A stretch of DNA of 64,000 bases from Bacteroidia bacterium. GTDB taxonomy: Bacteria > Bacteroidota > Bacteroidia > AKYH767-A > 2013-40CM-41-45. The notes under the pieces are model-generated. The model saw nothing but the letters and a program-made list of their open reading frames with translations. It did not search any database and was not told the origin of the DNA. The DNA is taken from contig JBBRAY010000017.1 of NCBI GenBank assembly GCA_038206355.1, positions 4,364 through 68,363 of the forward strand, in the 5' to 3' direction. Below, in pieces: positions 47,306 to 56,424 of this stretch. The translations under genes and the position numbers were made by a program. How positions within the stretch are numbered: the stretch's first letter is position 1; the number at the start of each line of letters is the position of its first letter.

Positions 47306-48190
47306 ATGCCTTCATGGAAAGGTAAATCGCAGGGCGGACTTCTCGGATACAAAATATTTGTTTTCATTTTAAAGCTGCACGGATTACGGCTGGCTTATTT
47401 TATTCTGAGGTTTGTTGCGTCTTATTACCTTTTATTTTCTTTCAAAACATTTAAATCTTCCTGGAATTTTTACCGGAGAAAATTGAAGTTTAATTTCTTT
47501 AAAAGCATTGCTTCAATTTATTCAAGCTATTATAATCTCGGCGTTTCATTGCTCGACAAGTTTGCAATGATGGCAGGCATCAAAACAAACTTTACTTTTA
47601 AATTTGTCGGAGAAAAATTTCTTCATGAGATGTCAGATGCCGGACGTGGTGGTGTACTCATCAGCGGGCATCTCGGAAACTGGGACATGGCCGGAAACAT
47701 GTTGAGGCGCATTGAAACGAAAGTGAACATTGTACTCTTCGAAGGTGAAGCCGAACAGATTAAAAAATACATGGAGCAATTCGCAGGAACACCGTACTAT
47801 AATATTATCTCTGTGAAAAATGATATGTCGCACATTTTTCAGATTTCAGCGGCGATACAGCGAAATGAATTCATTTGTATTCATGGCGACCGGTTTACAG
47901 AGGGAACAAAAACATTTGAAACTGAATTTCTCGGGGAGAAAGCACTATTTCCTGCAGGAGTATTTCAGATTGCACACAAACTGAAAACGCCTTACACTTT
48001 TGTTTATGCGATAAAGGAAAGCTCAAAACATTATCACTACTCAGCTACGCAACCAAAAGTAAGCACAACAAGTCCTGAAGATATTTTAAAAGAATACGTT
48101 ACTTCGCTCGAGGATAAATTAAAACAGTATCCGACGCAGTGGTTTAATTTTTATGACTTCTGGAGGGAAGGAAGAAAGCAGGCCATGTAA
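47306..48190 (+). CDS. LpxL/HtrB-like lysophospholipid (lipid-A-type) acyltransferase
   Basis: SGHLGNWDMAG matches the HxGNWE catalytic motif of the LPLAT family. N-terminal TM segment. Confidence 0.65.
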   Translation: MPSWKGKSQGGLLGYKIFVFILKLHGLRLAYFILRFVASYYLLFSFKTFKSSWNFYRRKLKFNFFKSIASIYSSYYNLGVSLLDKFAMMAGIKTNFTFKFVGEKFLHEMSDAGRGGVLISGHLGNWDMAGNMLRRIETKVNIVLFEGEAEQIKKYMEQFAGTPYYNIISVKNDMSHIFQISAAIQRNEFICIHGDRFTEGTKTFETEFLGEKALFPAGVFQIAHKLKTPYTFVYAIKESSKHYHYSATQPKVSTTSPEDILKEYVTSLEDKLKQYPTQWFNFYDFWREGRKQAM

Positions 48191-48234
48191 AATGTAAGAA
48201 TTAATATTTAAACGGTAATAAGTAACATTGAGAA

Positions 48235-48690
48235 ATGGACAAGGAACAAATCTTAGCGAAGGGAGATGAGATCCTAAATTACATTCCGCAACGTCCGCCG
48301 TTTGTGATGGTTGACAAGTTGTATGCTTGTGATGAAAAATTTGTGAGAACGGGATTTCAACCCGCGAAAGAAAATATATTTTCTTCAGGAGGTTTTTTTA
48401 CCGAGCCCGGGTTGATCGAAAATATGGCTCAGAGCGCGGCAGCCGGTACGGGATATTTTTTCAAAAGCAGGAATAGGGATGTCCCTGTTGGATTTATCGG
48501 TGCCATAAAGGACTTTCAACTATTTCAACTGCCAAAAATAAATGAATTGCTGACTACAGAAATTACAGTGGTTGCCGAAGTTATGAATGCTTCCGTCATC
48601 AGGGCAAAAATCAGTTATAATGATGTAGAAATTGCGTCCTGCGAAATGAAAATATTCCTTATGGATACGACGCCGAAGCCCTCCGCGTAA
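48235..48690 (+). CDS. Hot-dog-fold 3-hydroxyacyl-ACP dehydratase-like protein
   Basis: IPQRPPFVMVDKL parallels the FabZ/FabA ILPHRYPFLLVDR entry motif. 151 aa. Confidence 0.6.
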   Translation: MDKEQILAKGDEILNYIPQRPPFVMVDKLYACDEKFVRTGFQPAKENIFSSGGFFTEPGLIENMAQSAAAGTGYFFKSRNRDVPVGFIGAIKDFQLFQLPKINELLTTEITVVAEVMNASVIRAKISYNDVEIASCEMKIFLMDTTPKPSA

Positions 48691-48800
48691 GCTGTTCTTT
48701 ATGGAGCATTTGTGTGAATTTAACTTTGGGAAAAATAAATTAATCGGTTTATCCGCATACCTTTTTTGTTTTACCTTCGCATACACTAACAAACCACAAG

Positions 48801-50096
48801 ATGAATAAAAATCTACTTCTGTCATTAGTATGTCTGTTTTCCCTCCTCAGAATTAACGCATATGCACAGCCCGCAGATGCTGAAGTTGCAACATTTGCAT
48901 CGCCTGCAATGCAGTATTTTTGCCCGGCCCAGATGCCAATCACTATTAATATTTATAACAATGACCTGGTTGACATTACCGATGTAGCATTAACATGGAC
49001 CATCGATGGCGTTTCTCAATCTCCCGTTTCATGGTCAGGTCTGATTGCAGCCGGTGACATCGCTCCCGTTGAACTTACTACTGCTCACGATTTTTTAAGC
49101 GGGACCGGTTACAATATCGAAGTTACCATTCAATCAGTAAATGGAATGGCCGATCCGAATTCCGCAAATGATGTCGGTTCAGAAACATTTACTGCGTACG
49201 ATGTCTTCATTCCCATTTTTTACTGGAACGGATGTTCACTTGAATGCCTGAACTTCACAGATTACATTTCAATACAGTGGTATAAGGATGGAGTACCGGA
49301 TCCCGATGCTCCTGATAATGCAATTTATACTCCGTCACATAGCGGCTCTTACACGATGATAGGTTTGACTTTTGACTCCTGTGACGCAACTACAGACTCA
49401 TCTATTTTTGTAACTCCGCCTACACATGATATTACTCCCCTTGGTGTAATTGCCTTTTGTGAAGGCGATTCAGTTGGACTTGTATTCACATCCAGCGAGC
49501 AGGTATTTTATTCCTGGAATACAGGAAGCATGGATGATACGATTTACGCAAGTATGGATGGATGGTATGCTGTAAACGGAGTTACCGTGTTTTCCTGTCC
49601 GGTTATCGACAGCATTTATGTTACCGTTTATCCTACTCCTGTCGTTTCAATCAGCGACATGAATGATACACTGGTCTCAACATACAGCGGCTTACACCAA
49701 TGGTATTTTAACGGCAGTCCGATTGGTGGTGCACATGATTCCACTTTTGTGCCAACTGCTTCAGGGATTTATTATACCACCGTAACTGATATTAATGGGT
49801 GCACAGGAACGTCCAATTCAATCAACTGGATTTTCCCGGGTATCAGCATTCCTGTTGAAGTGACAGATATCATGATTTATCCGAATCCTGCTAAAGATAT
49901 AATTAATGTCCGATTCAATAACGGAAATGAAGATCTGGCGTTGACCATTTTTGATGCTGTTGGCCGCCTTGTCCTGCAAGATGAAATCAATGCAGACAAA
50001 ACCATCAATATTTCCGGATTAAAAGAAGGTGTTTATCAGTGTGTGTTTACAGGAGAAAAGGTAAGATTCTCGAAAAAACTGGTGAAGACTTTTTAA
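48801..50096 (+). CDS. Secreted Ig-like-repeat protein with T9SS C-terminal sorting domain
   Basis: Signal peptide. The C-terminus (IMIYPNPAKDIINVRFNN...GVYQCVFTGEKVRFSKKLVKTF) is T9SS sorting-domain-like. Confidence 0.6.
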   Translation: MNKNLLLSLVCLFSLLRINAYAQPADAEVATFASPAMQYFCPAQMPITINIYNNDLVDITDVALTWTIDGVSQSPVSWSGLIAAGDIAPVELTTAHDFLSGTGYNIEVTIQSVNGMADPNSANDVGSETFTAYDVFIPIFYWNGCSLECLNFTDYISIQWYKDGVPDPDAPDNAIYTPSHSGSYTMIGLTFDSCDATTDSSIFVTPPTHDITPLGVIAFCEGDSVGLVFTSSEQVFYSWNTGSMDDTIYASMDGWYAVNGVTVFSCPVIDSIYVTVYPTPVVSISDMNDTLVSTYSGLHQWYFNGSPIGGAHDSTFVPTASGIYYTTVTDINGCTGTSNSINWIFPGISIPVEVTDIMIYPNPAKDIINVRFNNGNEDLALTIFDAVGRLVLQDEINADKTINISGLKEGVYQCVFTGEKVRFSKKLVKTF

Positions 50097-50137
50097 AGCG
50101 GTTTTGGGAATTTGTTATTCCGAAAGTTAATACTCAC

Positions 50138-52108
50138 TTACTGAACTGTAAGTACTGAAGCCTCTACCCAGTCACCGTTATCTTTAATAAGGGTGATCAG
50201 TTCGTCCACAGCCTGTTCTGTCGGAACACTTTTCTTCATTACTTCTTTGCCTTTATACAAAGTAATTTTTCCGGGACCGGAACCAACATATCCATAGTCT
50301 GCATCTGCCATTTCACCGGGGCCGTTGACAATGCAGCCCATGATGCCGATTTTAATTCCTTTCAGATGATCAGTCCTCGAGCGGATTTTCGCAGTCGTTT
50401 CCTGTAAATCAAAGAGTGTTCTGCCGCAACTTGGACAAGAGATGTATTCTGTTTTGGAAATGCGCGTACGTGCTGCCTGTAATATCCCGAAAGAAAGACT
50501 ATTCAAAAGTTTGGGGTTGTACTTCCCTCCTATCCAGATGCCGTCACCAAAACCATCAATGAGCAAACCTCCGCAATCGGTCGAAGCATGAAGCATGAGT
50601 GTGTCTTCCGGAAGATTGTTGTACTGACGTCGTATAATAACCGGACAGTAAATATTTTTCTGAAGGAAGTCGAAGAATATTCTTCGCTGCTCTGCCATGC
50701 CGTGCATGTTTTCTGAATCAATAACAAATACAACCGGATAAGATTTAATTTTTGCAACATCGAATCCTGAAATTAAATCATTGATACCGGCAGAAACAAA
50801 ATTCAGCTGAGGAGATCGTTTATCTGCAACTAAAAATTCTTTCAGTGTAAAAAGCGGAAAGCTTCGCGTTTGATTTTCCAGTTGATTCCATTTATCGAAA
50901 TCGTAAATCAGTCCGAGTGTTCCCGGTATTTCAAATTCAACGGGCAATTGCCCCACGTATAAATAATCACATGCCTGATCAGAAATATTCCATTTATCAA
51001 GACCTGCAGAATAATTATATCCGAATGGAAATAAAGTAGCCGGCGTAATTTCCTTTCTGTCACTGATATCGCCAATCACCCGTGGAACCTGGTGTCCACC
51101 GAAATTGGCAATTTCGCCGGTCTGCCTTCTGAAGTGTTCAACGGGAGAAAAAAACTTCAGGAGTTTATAAATGTCTTCAATTTCATGAATGGGTTTCTGA
51201 TTTGCAGCTCTGTCATTATACCGTTTTACAAGTTCCTTTGCTACAGGAATTTCAAATTCAGGATCCTCTGTGAGCGAAACACGAATGGTATCTCCCAGTC
51301 CGTCTTCCAGCAATGTTCCGATTCCTGTTGCTGATTTTATCCTGCCGTCTTCTCCTTCTCCTGCTTCCGTAACTCCGAGGTGAAGCGGATAGTTCATGCC
51401 TTCCTCCTTCATCTTCATCACGAGCAAGCGGTAAGCCTGTACCATTACCTGTGTATTACTCGACTTCATGGATAGCACAATGTTGAAATAATTTTCGCTT
51501 TCACAGATCCTCAGAAACTCCAATGCTGATTCCACCATTCCGAGCGGAGAATCGCCATACCTGCTCATGATTCTGTCACTCAATGAACCGTGGTTGGTTC
51601 CGATGCGCATGGCAGTACCATACTCTCTACAAATTTTTACAAGCGGAATAAAACGCTTGCGGATTCTATCCAGCTCCATGTCATAAGAAGCATCGGTATA
51701 ATCTATCGTTTCAAATTTTTTACGGTCGGCATAGTTTCCCGGATTCACACGTACCTTCTCTACGATGCGTGCCGCAGTTTCTGCAGCATTGGGCGTGAAA
51801 TGGATGTCAGCACATATTGGTTGTAAATAACCCCTCTTCTTCAATTCAGATTTAATGACTGCAAGGTTATTCGCCTCATTGATACTGGGTGCTGTAATGC
51901 GTACCAATTCACATCCTGCTTCAATCATTCGTATAGATTGCTCGACAGTTGCCTTGGTGTCCATCGTATCAGTAGTTGTCATACTCTGTACGCGAATGGG
52001 ATTACTGCCTCCGATATGAAGACTACCTGCCATCACTTCCCTGGTAATAAAACGGGAATAGCGGGTTAAACTATTACAATAAAGCTGAGGAAGCGGTTGC
52101 GCTTGCAT
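50138..52108 (-). CDS. ispG: 4-hydroxy-3-methylbut-2-enyl-diphosphate synthase, long (insert-containing) form
   Basis: The N-terminal TIM-barrel (IRVQSMTTTDTMD) and the C-terminal 4Fe-4S motif (ISCPSCGRT) are both present. The 656-aa length indicates the Bacteroidota/plant-type inserted domain. Confidence 0.9.
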   Translation of the reverse strand: MQAQPLPQLYCNSLTRYSRFITREVMAGSLHIGGSNPIRVQSMTTTDTMDTKATVEQSIRMIEAGCELVRITAPSINEANNLAVIKSELKKRGYLQPICADIHFTPNAAETAARIVEKVRVNPGNYADRKKFETIDYTDASYDMELDRIRKRFIPLVKICREYGTAMRIGTNHGSLSDRIMSRYGDSPLGMVESALEFLRICESENYFNIVLSMKSSNTQVMVQAYRLLVMKMKEEGMNYPLHLGVTEAGEGEDGRIKSATGIGTLLEDGLGDTIRVSLTEDPEFEIPVAKELVKRYNDRAANQKPIHEIEDIYKLLKFFSPVEHFRRQTGEIANFGGHQVPRVIGDISDRKEITPATLFPFGYNYSAGLDKWNISDQACDYLYVGQLPVEFEIPGTLGLIYDFDKWNQLENQTRSFPLFTLKEFLVADKRSPQLNFVSAGINDLISGFDVAKIKSYPVVFVIDSENMHGMAEQRRIFFDFLQKNIYCPVIIRRQYNNLPEDTLMLHASTDCGGLLIDGFGDGIWIGGKYNPKLLNSLSFGILQAARTRISKTEYISCPSCGRTLFDLQETTAKIRSRTDHLKGIKIGIMGCIVNGPGEMADADYGYVGSGPGKITLYKGKEVMKKSVPTEQAVDELITLIKDNGDWVEASVLTVQ

Positions 52109-52129
52109 AACAAGAGCAAAGATAGGGAA

Positions 52130-52804
52130 TCAGTCTTTGAAAAATTTCTTTATAACAGTGGAATGGTCACTATTCATAACTTCAACAAAGTAAATTCCGC
52201 TGCTGCAGGATCCCGTATTAAAGCCTGTAACGGGACCTTTAAACCGCAATACCTCAACACCCATGATGTCAAAAACCCTTACCTGTTCAACTTTTTCAGG
52301 ATGGGCAATCTGAAGTTCCATTCGTCCACCGGAAGAGCCGGGAAACAATAAAAATGATTGTGCGTTATTGTGTTCTTCGATTCCCACATTAATGAAATAC
52401 ACATTAAAATACAGCGAATCATTCGAAACTGCGAGCGGCATCTGAGATGAAGCCGGCCAAACGACTACAATGTTGTCACCACCATCCAGTTCGGAAGCCT
52501 CAAAGGTGTGTGTAATGTGAAGGGTATCATAAAAAGTATTTCCGGAAATAACGTATGCAGGATTATAATAGAGGGTATCAACACCTGAGGAATCACCCAG
52601 CGAATGCATCAGGACGACCAGGTCGGCATTAAAAAGAAATCCACCTGAATTGCTGATCAGCAAGTCCATGGTTTTGGATTCGCCAGCATAAACCGTATCA
52701 GGAAATCCAATAATTGAATCCAGCTTTATGGTTTGGGCCGAGGTACTTTTTCCAAAAAGAAAAACAGAAATGAAAAGGGTCAGAAATAAAAATAGCTTCT
52801 TCAT
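52130..52804 (-). CDS. Secreted hypothetical protein with T9SS C-terminal sorting domain
   Basis: Signal peptide. The C-terminus (...VRVFDIMGVEVLRFKG...GIYFVEVMNSDHSTVIKKFFKD) is T9SS sorting-domain-like. Confidence 0.55.
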   Translation of the reverse strand: MKKLFLFLTLFISVFLFGKSTSAQTIKLDSIIGFPDTVYAGESKTMDLLISNSGGFLFNADLVVLMHSLGDSSGVDTLYYNPAYVISGNTFYDTLHITHTFEASELDGGDNIVVVWPASSQMPLAVSNDSLYFNVYFINVGIEEHNNAQSFLLFPGSSGGRMELQIAHPEKVEQVRVFDIMGVEVLRFKGPVTGFNTGSCSSGIYFVEVMNSDHSTVIKKFFKD

Positions 52805-52892
52805 AAAGGGGAAGTTTTGTTGGAAACAAATTTATTAAATCCTTTCTTCGCACCAATATTATTTTTAATTTTCCTTACCTGTTTAAATCCCT

Positions 52893-54341
52893 ATGGACAT
52901 CCTGAACCAGATTATTGCAAACATGAACAAGGAGCAGGTACGCGGCTATAAACTCTTCGTTAACCGGACCAATGAAAAAGATGACCGGAAGGACATTTTA
53001 TATTTTGATTATGTGCGCAAAAGTGGCGAGGGTTATGATGAAAAAAAGATTCACAGCAAATTATACAACGGGGCAGATAAAAATACTTTTTACCGTCTGA
53101 AGAACAGGGTGCTCAGCGATGTAAGTAAAAGCCTCATGGTTCAGCATTTTGATGATGATGAGCTGATCTACGCATTGCATCTCCTCGCACTTGAAAAATT
53201 TCACTTTAACCACAACCGTACGCACATCGCCCATTATTATCTGAAGAAGGCCGAGGCAGAAGCAAAGCGGATTGAGAACTTTGAATTGTTGGACATCATT
53301 TATGGAGAATACATCCGGTTGAGCCGGGAAATGATGACAATTAATCCTGAACAATACATTAGCCTAAGAACTTCAAACCAGGAACAGATCAGGCAGTTGC
53401 GAGCGATTGACAATATACTTGCAACCGTTACATTCCGACTAAAAACAACTCAGAATTTTTCTACTTCTGAAAATCCGGTGCTGAAGCTGCTGCAGAAAAC
53501 GGTAAAAGAACTTTCAGCTGATAAAGAACTTCAGCAAAGTGCGAAGCTCCGGTTCAAAATTTATGATGCGGTTACACAAATTCTTTTGCAGAAACGGCAA
53601 TACCCTGCGCTGGAGGAATACCTGCTGAGCATGTACAATGATTTTGTCAAAGAAAAATTATTCAACAAAAACAACCACGATACCAGGTTGCAGATGTTGG
53701 TGTTTATCGTGAACACCTTATTCAAAACAGAGAAACTGAATGAGTCATTGAAATATACGGAGAAGCTGAAATCAGCCATGGAAGAGCATCACAGGCTGCA
53801 CTATGACAAGTACCTGTTTTTTTATTACAACTCACTGGTGATAAATTATTCACGCCTCGATAGAAAAAAAGCCATTGATATCCTTACTGAAATGAAGGGA
53901 AATGAAAAAATCTGTGCCAATAATTTTTATGAACTTTTCATTTACCTGAATCTTGCTGTCGTTTATTTCGATAAAAAAGATTTTCACCAAAGCATCCGTA
54001 ATCTGCATAAAATTTACCTCCTCGGTGGTTATAAGGATGCCGACAAAGCATTGCAGTTTAAAATAGCCATTGCCGACCTAATCGTGCGATATGAATTGAA
54101 TGATGAAGATACTTTAGCTTATAAACTGAAACAGGTAAAAAAAGACTTCCGGGTTTTGCTGTTGCAAAAAGAAAATAGCAGGGAAAAAGAAATGATAGAC
54201 ATTATTTCAGGTATGATCAATACGCAGGATATAAAAAGAAATCCGTTGCTGGTTAAAAAAATTCAGGCATTGCTCAAACAAGGTGAAGCCAGCGACACCG
54301 AAATCATTCATTACAGAAACTGGCTCAAGGAAAAAATTTAA
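52893..54341 (+). CDS. Hypothetical alpha-helical protein
   Basis: 482 aa, no signal peptide. Helical, TPR-like composition. No motif recognised. Confidence 0.35.
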   Translation: MDILNQIIANMNKEQVRGYKLFVNRTNEKDDRKDILYFDYVRKSGEGYDEKKIHSKLYNGADKNTFYRLKNRVLSDVSKSLMVQHFDDDELIYALHLLALEKFHFNHNRTHIAHYYLKKAEAEAKRIENFELLDIIYGEYIRLSREMMTINPEQYISLRTSNQEQIRQLRAIDNILATVTFRLKTTQNFSTSENPVLKLLQKTVKELSADKELQQSAKLRFKIYDAVTQILLQKRQYPALEEYLLSMYNDFVKEKLFNKNNHDTRLQMLVFIVNTLFKTEKLNESLKYTEKLKSAMEEHHRLHYDKYLFFYYNSLVINYSRLDRKKAIDILTEMKGNEKICANNFYELFIYLNLAVVYFDKKDFHQSIRNLHKIYLLGGYKDADKALQFKIAIADLIVRYELNDEDTLAYKLKQVKKDFRVLLLQKENSREKEMIDIISGMINTQDIKRNPLLVKKIQALLKQGEASDTEIIHYRNWLKEKI

Positions 54342-54345
54342 ACGC

Positions 54346-55221
54346 TTACATTTTTTTAGGAGTCATCAGGTTCTTGCAGGAGTTATCTTTGTACTGATTC
54401 TTCAGTTTGTAAGGCTTGAAGAGTGCTGTAGTAAAATAATAAGTGAGGTGAAAATTTGTGTAAACGTACCAATCCTTGTTAGTCGGATTCCCACGCACCC
54501 TGTTATGTGCCGCCGGATCAGTACTTCTGTCGGAAAGTTGTACGGCAATTTCACCTTCTTTCGCCCGAAGCTGATTTTTGTCCGGATAGAAAGTACTGAC
54601 GTCATCGAGATAATCCGTAAAAGTTTTTCTGAAACCGCACTCTCCGCCGAAGTCAAATTTTTGTGTGATTTTTATCATGAATCCGATTCCAAATGGTATA
54701 CTGATTTGCTGCAGCTGATAAGGTTTTGGGTAATTGCCTCCGAGGTTTTGTCCTTCAGTCCCTACTTTCTGTAATTCATATGTTTTGCCGTTGAAATTGG
54801 TTTTAGGGTTGAACATGAAACCGGCAGCGCCGGCAAAAATATATGGCGTAACAAAGTTTCGTTTGGTAAATCCCCGCTTCCGGTTTTGAAATTTGTACAT
54901 AAACACCAGCGACAACTCATCAATGTCAGTATAAAAATCAAGATTGCGCCTGTTATTGGCAGCGAGTAGTCCACCGTCATGAGCTCCCATGCGACCGTGA
55001 AAGAATGCGAGCCGAACGTGGACCCGGCTGAAGAACAATGCAGTGGCATGAATCCCTACCCCCGGCTTTGTAAATTGTAAGGAAAAATTATCATCAAGCT
55101 CACCTGCGTAATTGACGGCACCTGCTGAAATACCGAATCCGATCATGCCACGCTTTTCCTGCGCCAGCAGATGAATGGAACATAGAACCAATAGAATAAA
55201 AATGAAGTAATATTTTTTCAC
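54346..55221 (-). CDS. Putative outer-membrane beta-barrel protein
   Basis: Signal peptide. Alternating hydrophobic beta-strand pattern with Gly/aromatic girdles. About 290 aa. Confidence 0.45.
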   Translation of the reverse strand: MKKYYFIFILLVLCSIHLLAQEKRGMIGFGISAGAVNYAGELDDNFSLQFTKPGVGIHATALFFSRVHVRLAFFHGRMGAHDGGLLAANNRRNLDFYTDIDELSLVFMYKFQNRKRGFTKRNFVTPYIFAGAAGFMFNPKTNFNGKTYELQKVGTEGQNLGGNYPKPYQLQQISIPFGIGFMIKITQKFDFGGECGFRKTFTDYLDDVSTFYPDKNQLRAKEGEIAVQLSDRSTDPAAHNRVRGNPTNKDWYVYTNFHLTYYFTTALFKPYKLKNQYKDNSCKNLMTPKKM

Positions 55222-55268
55222 AACGGTAGAAAATCAAAAATAGCTAAAGTGATGCGATAAAAAAATTA

Positions 55269-55898
55269 TCAGAGGTATTTATCAAGCGAATCAAACTGAA
55301 AACCCAACTGTGAAAAATGCTTTATGGTCATTTCAAGTGCCGGCAACATCCTTTCTTTTGCTTTAATACTATCATGAAAAACGATGATGCTTCCCGGTAC
55401 AGCCTTTCTTATTACTTTATCATAACAAAACAAAGGGCTTCGGTTTTTTTTCCAGTCATAGGTTAATACATCCCACATCACAATTTTATATTTCTTTTTA
55501 ACTGCAGCGTATTGTGAATATGTCAGCTTTCCGTAAGGCGGACGAAATAACATTTGTGATTGCCTGGACTGACCATTCTTTTCAAGCACTTCTTTGCATT
55601 GTTCAATATTATTGAGGTAAGCATCAAATGTATTGTGCCATCCGTTCAAGTGATGAAAAGTGTGGTTACCAACGGCATGACCATCATCTATTATTTGCCT
55701 GAAAAGGTCAGGATGCTTGATGATATTTTCACCGATACAGAAAAATGTCGCTTTTGCCTTTTCGCGACCAAGAATTTCAAGAACCTGCGGGGTAGCTTCC
55801 GGAACAGGGCCATCATCAAAAGTGAGAAATATTTTTTTCTCATCCGTTTTTATACGACATGTTACTGAAATGAATAACTCAAGGACACGGGGAAGCAA
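55269..55898 (-). CDS. Polysaccharide deacetylase (NodB-homology / CE4 family)
   Basis: LTFDDGP (Asp-Asp metal motif) and HAVGNHTFHH (His-His motif). Confidence 0.8.
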   Translation of the reverse strand: MLPRVLELFISVTCRIKTDEKKIFLTFDDGPVPEATPQVLEILGREKAKATFFCIGENIIKHPDLFRQIIDDGHAVGNHTFHHLNGWHNTFDAYLNNIEQCKEVLEKNGQSRQSQMLFRPPYGKLTYSQYAAVKKKYKIVMWDVLTYDWKKNRSPLFCYDKVIRKAVPGSIIVFHDSIKAKERMLPALEMTIKHFSQLGFQFDSLDKYL

Positions 55899-56424
55899 AA
55901 AGTTGTTTATTTAAAATTTTGATAAAATAGGCTCTTTCCGTTGAAACTTTTGCCAAGCATACAAAATTACTCAATCATTATTTAATAATTTTTAATCGAA
56001 ACTTAAGGCGCAATTGCCGTCATCTTAAAAATATATAACCAACCAATACAATAAATACCATGAAAACATTTTAATTCTTAAATAGATGAAATTTATCAAA
56101 ATTTAACCATTTTTGCTGTATCCATAAATTATTAATACAATTCATACTCATCCATTCAACTATTTATTAATCAGCATATTAAAGTCAAATTATTTTTTAT
56201 GTGACATTTTAACCGCTTGTATTATGCTAAGTAATTAGCCAATAATATTATGAATTATACCAAATAAAAAGCCACACTCGCACCAATTATATTGATTATT
56301 GCCAAAATAATTAAACAATATTGTATTATAATCCTACTTTAGCACCAAAATAAAATTATACTAATTATTAACCATTACTAACAAGGCAATCAATCAATTA
56401 AGTTAGTACAAAAAACTCTTCAAA

